Source: Pocillopora damicornis (Eukaryota). Taken from it: 64,000 bases of DNA. The stretch spans positions 1 through 64,000 of the forward strand of contig NW_020847369.1 of assembly GCF_003704095.1 (NCBI RefSeq). The letters run 5' to 3'. How positions within the stretch are numbered: the first letter of the stretch is position 1; the number at the start of each line of letters is the position of its first letter. Under the pieces are notes generated by a model. The model saw nothing but the letters and a program-made list of their open reading frames with translations, had not been told where the DNA came from and did no database searches. This document shows positions 13,901-26,505 of the stretch, in pieces. The translations under genes were made by a program, and so were the position numbers.

Positions 13901-16900
13901 GTTCTTGTTACATCTTCTGTGGGATTTACAAGGAGAATTTGATCCCCATAGGATTCATGCAAACAAAATAGCTATTGTTTGATGCGAAGAGCAGCAACCA
14001 TATAATGTGATACAAGCCAAAATGGCACCTTCAGGGAAATTGATCCAATATTCGGTGCTTGTATTTGTTTGCAGTTTTTGGTTCTTGTTTCCTAGTTTTT
14101 TAAAGGAATCTTTATAACATAAGACATTTTCTTCATTTTAACAGCAGCTTGTTCTGACATTTGAGGTTTCTTCAGACTATTTATTAATTTTTTTTTCATA
14201 TTGGCTGGTATGACATCAATTTATTTATCTAAGTCATTATTTCTTCAGCTTTTCTTACCAATTTGCTGCTTTGGTTGTATCTCTAGACCGTGTTGCATGT
14301 AGTGTCCCAGAAAAGTGCATGGAGATTTGTGGAAGTGAAGTTGGCTGCACCAACATTGCATACCCAGAGCTTGTTCTCAAGCTCTTGCCAACAGGTAAGC
14401 TGCAGGTGACTATCAATGCCCTTAGAGATGCTGTGGTTGGATTTTTTTTATCATTCTTTTTTAGAGGGGAATCTGAGCTAGCATCCCATTCAGAGGGAAT
14501 GACGATACTCCTTCTGCCTTTTGCTTGGGAAACTTGAGGATGAACTTCAGCAATGATAGATAGGTCTCTAGGGTATGCAGTACCTGTTGTGAAATGTATT
14601 TGAGAAATTTTCAGTGAGTGTTGGATGTTGGATTGCTTTGTTTTTGCTATTTCTTTATGTGATTGGTCCAGAAAACTCGTGCCCCTTTACTTTAAGTTCT
14701 TCTTGGCTCCTAGAGATGTTTCCCTTACTCTGATTGCCCTTGTAATTGCTTTAGTTTTGGTTTAAGGATTCTCAATCGAAAGGCGCTCCATAGTGAGTTT
14801 GGAGTAAGGAAAATAGGATTTGAAACGAAAATGAAACTGATTAAATATGAAATTTCCTGGCCACGTTTTTGCAAAACCCTATCCGTGTGTCATTGTCTTC
14901 CTTAAGTCATACTCCCTATCTCCTTAAAATTATTTTAAAAATGTTCTATGAAAATTTGAATTGTGTTCTCTTCATTTTAGGTCTCAAAGGATTGATGATG
15001 GCAGTAATGATGGCTGCTTTGATGAGTGACTTGACCTCAATCTTCAACAGCGCCAGTACGCTCTTCACCATTGATGTGTACGGCAGGTTTCGAAAAAAGG
15101 CCTCAGTTAGGGAGCTCATGATTGTGGGAAGGTAACAGTGGTTTCTTACGTGAAATAATTAACCAATTAATAATTAATCAATAATTATTAAAATTTTCCT
15201 TAAGACTCTGTATGACATTCTACCGCTGTTTAGCCTGCCAGCAGGCTCTCGTGTTGGGGTTAGGCACAGCGAGTTACTACACCATCGAAAGCCACTTCTG
15301 GAAAAGTTGCCGACACCGTTCTTGTTACCACATTTTGACATCTTCTGTGATCTATTGTCGAACAGACGCACAATGACGTGAAATCCATTTGTTTTTACAA
15401 TAAGGAAGCAGTATTGTTAATGATGACATCATCTGTGCGTCTGTCCTTGAATATTTCATAAGGAGGAACCAATCAAATTGCGTGTGTACGTTAGCGTGTT
15501 ATGAAATTGAAGTAGATACTTGATTTCCTCTCGGATTTTTGAACGTAGGTTAATCAGCTAATATCTCACCAGCATTTCCGATTCCAACCTCCGCAGCATA
15601 GTGGCACGTCAGTTACCATCAGCTGAGTTGTAAGGTTTCATGTTGGGAGAGAATCTAGCAAATTTTTGTGGGATTTTGCTCACCCGTCGAAAGCTACGCG
15701 ACGAAAAATAGCGTTTTCTACATGAAAAATAGCGTACTTTCGATAGAGTTGCGCGTTATAAAAAGGCTCAATTCTTTGTCATCTCGATTCCGATGGCTCC
15801 TAAACGGCAGTTTGAATAGGGCCGGCCATTTCTTTATTCGAAACATCTGTGTGATTTTATAGGATCATGGTCGCAATAATGACAGGAATAGGAATCTTGT
15901 GGATCCCTGTGGTTCAGAGTGTACAGGGAGGTCAGCTTTTCATCTACATCCAAGCTGTCAGTGCATATTTTTCCCCGCCAATAGCAGCCCTGTATTTGAT
16001 TTCCATCCTCTGGACGAAGGCAACGGAGAAGGTTTGTCATCGTACGTGCCTTTTTTTTTCATCACAAACACAACAAGATGGACCAAGTTAACCCTTTGAC
16101 CGTAAGAGTGACTGATTGTTAAACAAATTCTCCTTGTCAGCACCTTAGAATATGTGTAAAATATATGTATAACAGTATGGAGAATATGTATACTGATGTA
16201 GTGGTTTAAAGTGTTAACAAGGAAAGAAAGGTATTCTTTTTAAAATTTCTTACTTGTCGAGTTATACAGAGGTGATTAGTGGATAAATACTCTGAGTTAG
16301 TCTGAACATGAAAAAACAACTGTGTCACTTCACTCGTATGCGGAGCTTTTCTTTCGACCGAAGGAAGTAAACTGGAAGAATTTCCGTATATCCCCATACC
16401 ACTGTATTCTAAAACAAAGCATAAGTCCCAAAGGTAATCTACTGTTTTCGTAGTGGTTAAGTAATGGTGGTAGGGAAATTTTACTCGTAAATATTTGCAC
16501 CTGTTTTGCGGAATAGATTTACAAGGCAGCAGCGGCAGTGTTTAGCTTTCTACAAGAGATATTCCCTTCACTAATTTACTTGCTTATGTAATTTCTTCTT
16601 TTGGCGCACATCTCAGGGTGCATTCTGGGGTATGATCGTGGGCTTCATTGTGGGTGCAATACGAATGATCCTGGACTTCACTCACTTAGAGCCTCGTTGT
16701 GGTGAAGAGGACACTCGACCAGGCATCATAGCCAAGGTTCACTACATGTACTTTGCACTGATCCTCTTTTGGATCACAGTCTTCACTATTGTGGTGATCA
16801 GTTACTTCACTAAGCCGAGGCCTGAAGGAAATGTGAGTAGAACAATGTGTGTATGCATTTACTGAACTCAGCGGTCAAACGTGGGTCATGCGTAAATGGT

Positions 16901-18357
16901 CAGTTTTGTTCAGCCGCGCACTGAATTGCGCACCAATTTCGCGGCACTTGGTCTAAATGTTTTGCTCCAGACGCAAGAGAAATATTTGAGTGATAAGTAA
17001 TAATTTCCAACTAGCGCAAGGATATGCTCAAATTTTGAAGCTTTGCTCTCAGAAAACAGGGCCAGGGTCACAAGTTGAATAGCCCTTTGGCCATACAGCA
17101 CTACCCCCTTTGCATAAAGAGTTACTTTCTATTATATCCACGAAAAAAATAGTCGAGCATGCATGTTTTTGCGCCTTTTTTTTTTTTTATTAAGAGTGCT
17201 TTCCAGCCAACCGAAGCGAAGGAAAATAACTTATGGAGCCGATTAGAACTCAAAGAAATTAAAAAAAAAAATTCTCACAGCGCGGGAAAACGCAAGTGAC
17301 CAAGTCGCGATTGGTTGATTGTTTGAATCTGATTGGTTTAGAAAGTTGCACGCATTTTATGGACCAATCACAGAGCGAAGTAAAGCGTTGCTAACTTAAG
17401 TGTTACTGAACCTCAGACTGCTCGGTTGACCTGGTGGACATTACACGAGAAGCCATCGGACACAGACGTCATGGAGGAAGCCAGGGACGAGGAGATTGAA
17501 AAGCAAGAAATTCCTGAGGAGGATGACATAGAAATGGAAGAGATAGAGGCAGATGAAGACAAGGAGAAGGGAGCAACTGAGGAAACGCCGACCGTGACTT
17601 TGAGACCATCGAGTGAGTGAACACTTGAAGTTGTCAGTTACTATTGCTGTTGTTTTTGATGCTACACTTTCAATGTTTTGACTCAAAGCTTTGAATTAAC
17701 GACCTATAAATTTTATTTTTCCAAACGCGGTCCTGACATTGTCACTTATCGCCCTCGAGAACATAATTTTCCCACCAGTTTGTAAATTTGAACAAGCAAG
17801 AGCACTTTCTGTCGTACAACCAACGCCAATCTGATGAAAAAAAGGGAATATCAGGGGAGTTAACGTAAACTCAAAGCAATCTGCATGAAGAGAACAAACT
17901 GCCTGCAGCACGGATGAGAACATGGCCTTGACTTAGTTGTGATTACTATTAATTTTGCATCTGATTGGTTGAGAGAGTTGCATGAGTTTTCGGGACCAAT
18001 CATAGATTAGGAAAACTCTCTCGTGTCAATTTGTGCCAAGCACTCACCAACCATTACGCTATAGAAATCTCGAGCTCATTATCTAATTATTACCTAGTAT
18101 ACTGTTGTTACTGCCCTCACATTTCATCTTGCCTTTCAGGGCATCCACCAGAATCGAAAATAAAGCGTTTGTACTCGTGGTTCTGCGGCTACGAGGCTGG
18201 AACAGAAGAAGCAAAGAAAGCAGCTCATGAACAACACGAGCGGCTGGCCATGATCACATCGCTTGAACGAGATCCAAGAGCGGAAACGTTCCTCAACATA
18301 AATGTGGTCATCATTCTTGCAGTCGGGCTCTACCTCTACATTTTCTTTTCCATTTAA
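5000..18357 (+). CDS. SLC5A3: Sodium/myo-inositol cotransporter (SLC5 family, SMIT1-like), 15 exons, ~675 aa
   Basis: Exons 5000-5095, 7180-7251, 8048-8152, 8778-8837, 9673-9777, 10575-10680, 11834-11914, 12733-12941, 13655-13790, 14287-14394, 14981-15131, 15863-16031, 16617-16832, 17417-17612, 18140-18357; all GT-AG and frame-consistent (2028 nt). Motifs [50 protein letters not shown] and [23 protein letters not shown] fit SMIT1 best. SLC5 family is certain; exact orthologue less so. Confidence 0.9.
6960..7085 (+). mobile_element. Decayed tRNA-derived SINE remnant
   Basis: cagtggt...agagcatc...gaagg...gaggtttgaat resembles A/B-box SINE heads, followed by a T-rich tract. Intronic. Confidence 0.35.
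7297..7489. mobile_element. TTAA-flanked ~200 bp MITE (piggyBac-like ends)
   Basis: Shares core ggagaatttggtatt...gaaattctgtcttggtcactc..gggagttaaaggg with 12408-12618 and 30121-30336. Confidence 0.7.
9424..9628. mobile_element. TTAA-flanked MITE
   Basis: Core catattctcc...aaggagaatttgtttgacaatcaa...ggtgatcatt...ggggtgatattgtaa shared with 39051-39262. Ends in aagggttaa. Confidence 0.65.
11431..11633. mobile_element. TTAA-flanked MITE
   Basis: ttaaccctt...aagggttaa termini. Internal sequence is the same subfamily as 59728-59938. Confidence 0.8.
11655..11790 (+). mobile_element. Decayed tRNA-derived SINE remnant
   Basis: A-box-like tagcttagatgg and B-box-like gttcaaattc, followed by a ...ttttctcaggcttttt... 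body. CpG-free. Confidence 0.4.
12408..12618. mobile_element. TTAA-flanked MITE
   Basis: ttaaccct...agggttaa termini, with a full internal match to 30121-30336. Confidence 0.8.
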
Positions 18358-20137
18358 ATTTTTTTCAGTAGACAGAGTTGTCAATAAATTTCGGTAGCCG
18401 GTCAAAATCACTTGCTAGTTTGCCAAGAGTATCCGGCACCTTTAACCACATTTTATTACAAGCGCGGAAGAAAAATCGTACAATTGTTGAAATGCAATTA
18501 AAAAAAAATTTGCACAAAAGCCATTTTTCGGTTTTTTAGTAAAATTGAACGCATAATTTACCAGTAAAAGGTTTAGATGTGTGATAAGATTCCAAGTAGC
18601 TTGATAGTTCGTGCGAATTTCGTGGACAGCCTGACTAAGAGAGTTCCGCGTCTTGCGTATGGTTCTACTTTCAAACGTATTGACACCCTTCGTTGAACAT
18701 GTTTTAACTGGTGTGACCAGTTTCTCTTATCTTGTCGATCGGCTCGTTTTACGTCCTTTTTCGTTGAACACTAAACGATCTGAAGGTGCAGTGACAGTGT
18801 GTTACCTGGTTTGGTTTTGGTGACAGTAGTATTCGTTAGAGCTCATAGTTTCCGGTTACATTTCATGCGTTATCCAGATGTGATAGTGATGGCCATGTTG
18901 GGCAAAAATGCTTAACGAGGTTTAATTGAGAAAATAGTTTTTGAAATTTTTATATACAGTATGATAGATTACATGTCATTTTCTTAGATTTGTCCAGAAT
19001 TATATATTTATATCATGTAATTCCTAATACCCTTTAATACGCTATAGTAAAACGTATATGTTTGGTTTTTGGTAACTGAGTGAATAAAGTTTTTTGTGAG
19101 GTAGTTTGATCAGTAATTTGTGATAATTATGTAAGATAAATCACAAATCTAATTATTTAGAAATGAAGGGTGAACTCAGTATGTTTTTTGGTTGGATTGT
19201 CAAAAATACAGTCCATTGAAAAGGCAAAATTGAAGGAAAGAGCTTTGTCTTTTAAAACGGATGTTTTTGACTCGTGTTATTTAAGAAAACCTCCTCCCTT
19301 CCTTCTCCAGAAAAAAAGCGGGTTATAATCACCAGAAGGAATTTTACTTGCATTCGTTTTTTTAAGCTAAGACATTGTCGACCCTCCTCTCCCCACCCCT
19401 CACCCCTCCCCTCTCCATCCCTTGCCCCTCCCCTCTCCTGGTGTATTCCTTCATAAAGCCTACAACCATCCATCAATTCTGGTTTAAGCCGACAATTAAA
19501 AATTATAGAAACTACACACTTTTCATCTGTACCTTTAAAAAGTAAATATGAAATTAATGCACTGACCGCGTTTTGAGAGAAATTTTTATTGAAGATCCGA
19601 CTGATAAATCCGGTCTAATACCAATAACGTTAATGAGCGTAGCATTGCTACGCGCGTTCTGGTTCCCGCCATGAGTTGAATTATGGGACGTCATGCGGCC
19701 AACTGACCGAGTGACCGAGTCTTCAAATTGGCAGCGCCGATTGTTGAAGTTTTAGCACATTTGAAGACAATTTTCAGGCTGTTACGTTACTTCTTGGAAT
19801 ATCAAAAAGCGGTGAGTCGCAAATGTTTATTCATACTTTTTAATGGCGGAGATAAATTTGAATTTAGGTCTGTTATGGAATAATGTCATTCCCTCGGTCC
19901 GAAGGACTTACGTCAAGATCGATAACTTGAGTCAATTTGTTTGACGTGCAAAAAAGACTTTCAACTTGAATGAGACTTTAAAATATTGGTTTAGTAAGAT
20001 AGAAAAACACGAAAGAGGCAATAATAAAACAAGAACGAAGAAGGATGGCGGAGGATGGAGAGGATTGAAAATGATAAACTTGAAAAATCTTAAGCTTAAT
20101 TATTCAATATGCACAAATCGCTTCTTGTTCTTCAAAG

Positions 20138-20908
20138 TTAAAAAGGCTTTTCGGTTTGTTCGTTTATCTCCATTCCCATCTTTTCCATCGTTTCAGGATT
20201 TTTACCTCTTTGTTTTCTTCCCAACCGAGCCTTTAAATTCTTGAAAAATTCTTTGCACTCTTTACAATCCCGTGCCGAAACAAGTCCGTTGATTACATTC
20301 GACATGGCTGCCAAACCCAGGATGATGAAAATGATTCGAATTACTGTATTCCAGACTGGATGTTTTGACGGGCCACCTCCTGGGATCAAATCGCCAAATC
20401 CAACTGTTGTAAAAGTAATGAAGTAGGCATAGAAACCTTCAAAGAAAGTCCATTCCTGGACCTTTACCGCAGTTGCCGCCCCCACAAGTAAAATTATTAT
20501 CAACAACATCAAACCCAGAAAAGCGCACTTTTCATTCAAGTGTCTTGGCTTGCTCTCTCTCTTAAGGCAACGGGATTCGAATTTTGTGACGAGGAGTCGC
20601 TCACTGCGTAGCATTCGTTCTCCAACCACCTGCAGGAACAATATGTTGATCGGGATACCAAACAAGGCGAAGATTATACAAAAGGCTCGGCCGCCNNNNN
20701 NNNNNNNNNNNNNNNNNNNNNNNNNNNNNNNNNNNNNNNNNNNNNNNNNNNNNNNNNNNNNNNNNNNNNNNNNNNNNNNNNNNNNNNNNNNNNNNTCGGG
20801 TTTATCGTCGCGTTCAACAGCTCTGAATATAAACATGCCAACCATAAGATATATGAACCAGAGAAGAAATAAATACAGAAGCGCTCGGTTGTTTCCGCAC
20901 TCCGCCAT
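20138..20908 (-). CDS. Two-pore-domain K+ channel (K2P/KCNK, TASK-like) paralog A; cap, P1 and intron lost in an assembly gap
   Basis: M1 LYLFLLWFIYLMVGMFIFRAVE, M2 GGRAFCIIFALFGIP, P2 WTFFEGFYAYFITFTTVGFGDLIPG, M4 IILGLAAMSNVIN. The two parts are joined across 100 Ns. Confidence 0.85.
   Translation of the reverse strand: MAECGNNRALLYLFLLWFIYLMVGMFIFRAVERDDKPXXXXXXXXXXXXXXXXXXXXXXXXXXXXXXXXXXGGRAFCIIFALFGIPINILFLQVVGERMLRSERLLVTKFESRCLKRESKPRHLNEKCAFLGLMLLIIILLVGAATAVKVQEWTFFEGFYAYFITFTTVGFGDLIPGGGPSKHPVWNTVIRIIFIILGLAAMSNVINGLVSARDCKECKEFFKNLKARLGRKQRGKNPETMEKMGMEINEQTEKPF
20696..20795. other. Assembly gap (100 N, probably of unknown size)
   Basis: Run of exactly 100 N. Confidence 0.99.
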
Positions 20909-21385
20909 CTCTGAGAGTTTTTTTCTTTCAGTGGCGTTTTATTCCGTCGAGTTATTAGCTCGTTCACGCCGAATTTGAATCATTGAACACTTAGCAATTC
21001 TTATAATTGTGACAAATGACCTGAAAAGTTAATGCATTTTTATTAATATATCAAATATGATAAGCATCTGTTGTTGTGAGACGAATCTTCAATTTATTTT
21101 ACGTCACGGCACATAATAAGAAGGAATTTAGTTTTTGCTTTCAAGGAATGCTTTGAATAAGGCAAAAAATGTAGAGATACAAAAAGCACACCAAAAAGAA
21201 GAGGAACGTTTAAGATTCACACGAATTGAAAATTTCGAGCTTAAAAACTGTAGGTTAATTAAACCGTGACGCTAGGGCTGCCTCTAGTTACAGATGGTTC
21301 CAATATTTGCATGTACTCAACATGGTATTGTTTCACTTTACTTGCAAAAACGCCCTCAAATGAGATCTGTCATTTAGATTAGGTG

Positions 21386-22074
21386 NNNNNNNNNNNNNNN
21401 NNNNNNNNNNNNNNNNNNNNNNNNNNNNNNNNNNNNNNNNNNNNNNNNNNNNNNNNNNNNNNNNNNNNNNNNNNNNNNNNNNNNNNNNNNNNNNNNNNNN
21501 NNNNNNNNNNNNNNNNNNNNNNNNNNNNNNNNNNNNNNNNNNNNNNNNNNNNNNNNNNNNNNNNNNNNNNNNNNNNNNNNNNNNNNNNNNNNNNNNNNNN
21601 NNNNNNNNNNNNNNNNNNNNNNNNNNNNNNNNNNNNNNNNNNNNNNNNNNNNNNNNNNNNNNNNNNNNNNNNNNNNNNNNNNNNNNNNNNNNNNNNNNNN
21701 NNNNNNNNNNNNNNNNNNNNNNNNNNNNNNNNNNNNNNNNNNNNNNNNNNNNNNNNNNNNNNNNNNNNNNNNNNNNNNNNNNNNNNNNNNNNNNNNNNNN
21801 NNNNNNNNNNNNNNNNNNNNNNNNNNNNNNNNNNNNNNNNNNNNNNNNNNNNNNNNNNNNNNNNNNNNNNNNNNNNNNNNNNNNNNNNNNNNNNNNNNNN
21901 NNNNNNNNNNNNNNNNNNNNNNNNNNNNNNNNNNNNNNNNNNNNNNNNNNNNNNNNNNNNNNNNNNNNNNNNNNNNNNNNNNNNNNNNNNNNNNNNNNNN
22001 NNNNNNNNNNNNNNNNNNNNNNNNNNNNNNNNNNNNNNNNNNNNNNNNNNNNNNNNNNNNNNNNNNNNNNNNNN
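21386..22074. other. Assembly gap (689 N)
   Basis: Run of N. Confidence 0.99.
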
Positions 22075-22121
22075 GGGGGTTTTCACCCTGTAGTATTCAA
22101 ATGATCCTCTCTCAATACACT

Positions 22122-23633
22122 TCATATTGGCGCTGCAAGCTGCGAATCGTTGTTTTTCGGATCTTCGTTACGGTATTCAGTTAACTCTACTCCACCACCG
22201 CTCTCCTTTGTTTCAGGAATATCAACACTTTCCCCTCTTCTGCAAAAATTCATGTAAGTTTTCAAATATTGTAGACATTCAGTAGACTCCATAACCGCGA
22301 TCAGTACATTCGACATGGCCATTAAACCCAGGATGATGAACACGATACGAATTACTGTGTTCCTGACGCGATGTTCTGTTGAACTGTCTCCTGGTATCAT
22401 ATCCCCAAATCCAACTGTTGTAAACGTGATGAAATAGGCGTAAAAACCGTCCAAAAATGTCCATTCGTCAATCGTTTGTTGGACAGCCGCAGAAATAAGT
22501 AACAAAGTAACGAAGAGCACAACTGCACACAGAGAACATTTTTCATTTAGGAATTTCGGCTTTTCATTCCTCTTCAGGCAGCGTTTTTCGAATTTCGTGA
22601 TGAGAAATTTTTCGACTTCACGCAAGCCTTTACCAACGGACTGCAAAAACATAATGTTTATCGGGATTCCAAAGAAAGCGAAGATTATACAAAACACACG
22701 ACCGCCATTTGTCACTGGAGTAATGTTACCATAACCTCGAAGAAAAAAATGATAATAAATGAATAAAATTAAATGAAACGAAGGAAGATTTCTTGACTTC
22801 TCTTCTTTGGCTATGGCCGCTTGATCAGAAATTGAAAACAAATTAAAAATGCGTAGTAAACACGCCTATAATTTGCAGGATCTAAGGCCCCATCACAAAA
22901 TGGACACATTGAATAGAAGAAAGGTCGCGTGATTGCAAAAGATCGAATAAATTCAAGGTGCTCCACTGAGCCATGATAAGTTTTAATCAATTCTTAGAAA
23001 TTTATTTATTTCCTTTCGTTGAAACCGAAAATTTCAAACTACACTAATGTTTTCTGTGGGCACATAAAACTTCTAATAATAGTTCCCGGAAGTGGTTTTG
23101 GAGACAATTACGTCATCTCGAAACTGATAGGTTCATGAAGAAAATACCTGAACACAGACGCTGATTTTACAGAAGTCGATTCTTATCCGTATTTCAAAGA
23201 TTTATAACATTATTCATGCATCCTCAAGTACTTACGAACCAACAGGTGTTCACAATTTTACAACATCACGCAACATTGATCCACGCATAGCTTGATCTAC
23301 GGTATCTAAGGATATTTGAATTAGAAGATCTGTCATCTAATTACCTATTGTTGTCACAAGTTGAATCACGAAAGAAACAGAATCGAGATAGCTCCATTCT
23401 GGTACGCCATTCGAAGACGAAGCTGCCTCAATATGCTGCACAATATTGTAGAATTCTGCTTCGCTCATGTTGTACGCGGATGTTATTTTGTCTTTGGCTA
23501 TCTTTAGCCGTTGCTCTTTGGATTTCTCTTGCTTTCCTTCGCCATCGTGTTCCACAGCTCTAAAAATTAGCACTCCAATGGTGAGGTAAAAGAACCAGAG
23601 AAGAAATAAAATCAGTTGATTTCGAACATTCAT
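22122..23633 (-). CDS. K2P/KCNK channel paralog B, 2 exons, ~300 aa
   Basis: Exon 1 23633-23345 and exon 2 22735-22122. A phase-1 intron splits the P1 filter TTIG|YGN; P2 is TTVGFGD. Four TM segments. Confidence 0.9.
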
Positions 23634-24981
23634 CTTTTAAGATTTTCGCGTGACTCAATCAGACTCAATGATGCACAGCACGCTATCATCCCTCCTTGAG
23701 TTGTTCCGTGACAATGATTATCTCGCTGCGATCCTTTTGGTCAGCGTACGAGGAAGAAGCCAGCCGACGAGCTGTTAGAGCGGAAAGCGCAGCAACTAGG
23801 TTTTAGTTTATCGGTCACTTATGTGGAGTCAATCAGCTAATTTTTCAATAAAAAGGAATCTCACATTTTGCTCGATATTTTATTTGAAATGGTCGAGTTT
23901 CCTTTAATTTTACTTTGTTTTAAAGGGGCTTTTGCGTAGTTCCTAGCTTGCATAAATTTAACTCCTAACGAGCTCCAAAAAGCTTCTCGGGATGGCAGAA
24001 GATACATGCTTAAAAATTAAAAAATTAACACAGAGCAGAGACTACGCGTCTTCCGGCGAAGACCGAGACCAAACCACCGAGGCAAAGACAATTTTCTAAG
24101 AAAACCTTTCGACTCCAGACTTAACTGAACTTAGTTTTAACATTGATTTAACATCAAATAATTCCTGATTCACGATAAAACTTTTCATGAGAAAACCGAA
24201 AAAGAACATGAAGGGGGAGGAGAAAGAGACAAATTGTCACGTGAAATTAAAAAACTGAGATTTTCTACAAGAACGATGGTGATTTTTCTCATCACCATCT
24301 GCTATTTTGAGCACCCAAAACTCCGGCGCATTATGCTGTTATGATCCTCGCAGGAGCGTGAAAACCGGATGGTTCTGCACAAGGCTACCCCTCTTATTAC
24401 TTTAAGGAGAGGAATTCCCGATCAGCTCACTCACACATAGAAAGGAAAGTGGCCTACAAAATGATATTCCTTAATCCTTTGTAAATTTATTCGTTCAATG
24501 GATAAGAATGACAAGAAATTTTTATCGTCACTATTATAATCTATATGTAAAGAGTTTATCTCCATTATCAAAATCTTCACGAAAAGATTTATTTCCTGCC
24601 AAAAGATCTGTTACTTGCAGACTACTGAGGGTACCTTAAATGTTCAAAACTTGCCTTCGAATGTGGTGAAAATTCAACCAGGGACGCCGCAATTTTGAAA
24701 CAACTCAGTAACCAGGCCTCACGAGCAAAAATACAACGCACAAAGCACTTGCAGTTTAGTTGCTGCTTTGGTTGCTACGTAAAGAAATAACTTGACTCCA
24801 GAATTCCTTTTTGTGTTTTTTTTATGTATGACCTTACTACGTCACGTTTAAGCGGCCAGGCTGCCGAGCAAGATTCAAAATGGCGACGTTCGTTTTTTAA
24901 TTTGAAGACAATTTACGAAGAGTTACGTCACTTTTTCGGGAAACTAGAAAAGCGTCACTGTCATAATAGCGGAGATAAAAA

Positions 24982-26505
24982 TCAAATCGTTTCTGGAGCA
25001 TAGTTCTCATTTAACTCCATTTCATTAGTTTTTGGCGTCTCAGAAATATCCACACTTCTCTTTTTATCGCAGCGCGCGCCCAATCTCCGGAACAATTCCA
25101 TACTCTCGGTGCAATTCACAAGTCCATTGATCACATTCGACATGGCCGCCAAACCCATGAGGATAAAGAAGATGGCAAGCACATGCTTTGCCGTTGGAGA
25201 ACCACCAGCCATTGACCCTGGGATCAGATCACCAAAGCCTACTGTTGTAAAAGTTATAAAGTAAGCATAGAAACCTTCAAAAAATGTCCAGTTTTCCATC
25301 TCAATTTGACTCCCGGCGCCTGCAAATAATATAATCAGCAACAGAAGAATACCCACGAAAGAGCATTTTTCATTCATGAATTTTGGCGCTCCCTCTCGCT
25401 TCAGGCAGCCTTTTTCGAATTTCATGATGAGAAAATGCTCGCCGCGAAGCATTCTTTCTCCAAGTAACTGCAGGAATATGATGTTGATCGGGATACCAAT
25501 GAGGGCAAAGATTATGCAAAGCACTCGGCCACCTGTTGTCACTGGTGTGATGTTACCATAACCTTGAAAGAGAACAAAATATGAAATAACTGAAATGATA
25601 AACGGCAGTATTCGTTTTTGTATACCGGATATTATTAGAAATGATGCAGAGTCATATCTAAGGAAAACGCTGTTGAAGTGACGTCAACTCCCGTGCGCCT
25701 TGCTTGCAAGTATTATTATCACGCAACAACTCCCGCTAAGAAAAGCGTGACATCCCTGAGAACAGCTGGAATTGCGTGACTTGAAGGGTTTATGTGAAAT
25801 TATGAAGAGAAGAAAAGTTAAAGGAAATATCTTGTCTTAGATATTATTCTCTTTTTTCATTACTTCTTTGCTTGAAATGTATTGATCTTGAAAGGAGAAA
25901 TTCATTCTTTGTTGAAGGTAGTGAAGGGGATCGATGATTTCAAAGATTACTTTTCCAAACATTCCAAAATGACAAATGACGACACTCACGTATCACGATC
26001 AAACGATCTTGCTCTTACTGTGGCAAAAATGAAGATCGAGCAACACGACCGAGAGGAATGGAAGCGTTCGAGTTGTTTCAAACTGGTGAGAAACGTTTTA
26101 CTTGCTGTGACGATTGACCAGTTATCGTTCAGTTAAGTTTAGCTATGAAAACAAACAAAACAATCAAACGAAGTTTTCAGAATTGTCCTACTTACCAATT
26201 GTTGTCGCCAATTGAATCACAAAAGAAAGTGATTCGGTATAGCTCCATTCTGGTCCACCACTGGAATCCGATGAAGCTGTTTCAATCTGCTGTACAATGA
26301 TATCAAACTCTGCTTCACTCATGTTGTACTTAGTCGTCACATTGTCTTTAATTGCGTCCAAGGACTGCTTCTTGGCGTCCTCTTGTGGTTTGTTCTCATT
26401 CTCAGTACGTTCAATAGCTCTGAACACAAACATTCCAATAATCAGATAAATTACCCAGACGAGGAATAAAAACAGGAGTGTTTTTGCCTTTCCGCTTCCA
26501 GCCAT
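24982..26505 (-). CDS. K2P/KCNK channel paralog C, 2 exons, ~296 aa
   Basis: Exon 1 26505-26196 and exon 2 25562-24982. Same intron position in TTIG|YGN; P2 is TTVGFGDLIPG. Confidence 0.9.

Noticed and set aside
21379-22125. 248-aa and 236-aa ORFs in the track
   Set aside because: They consist almost entirely of X from the N gap.
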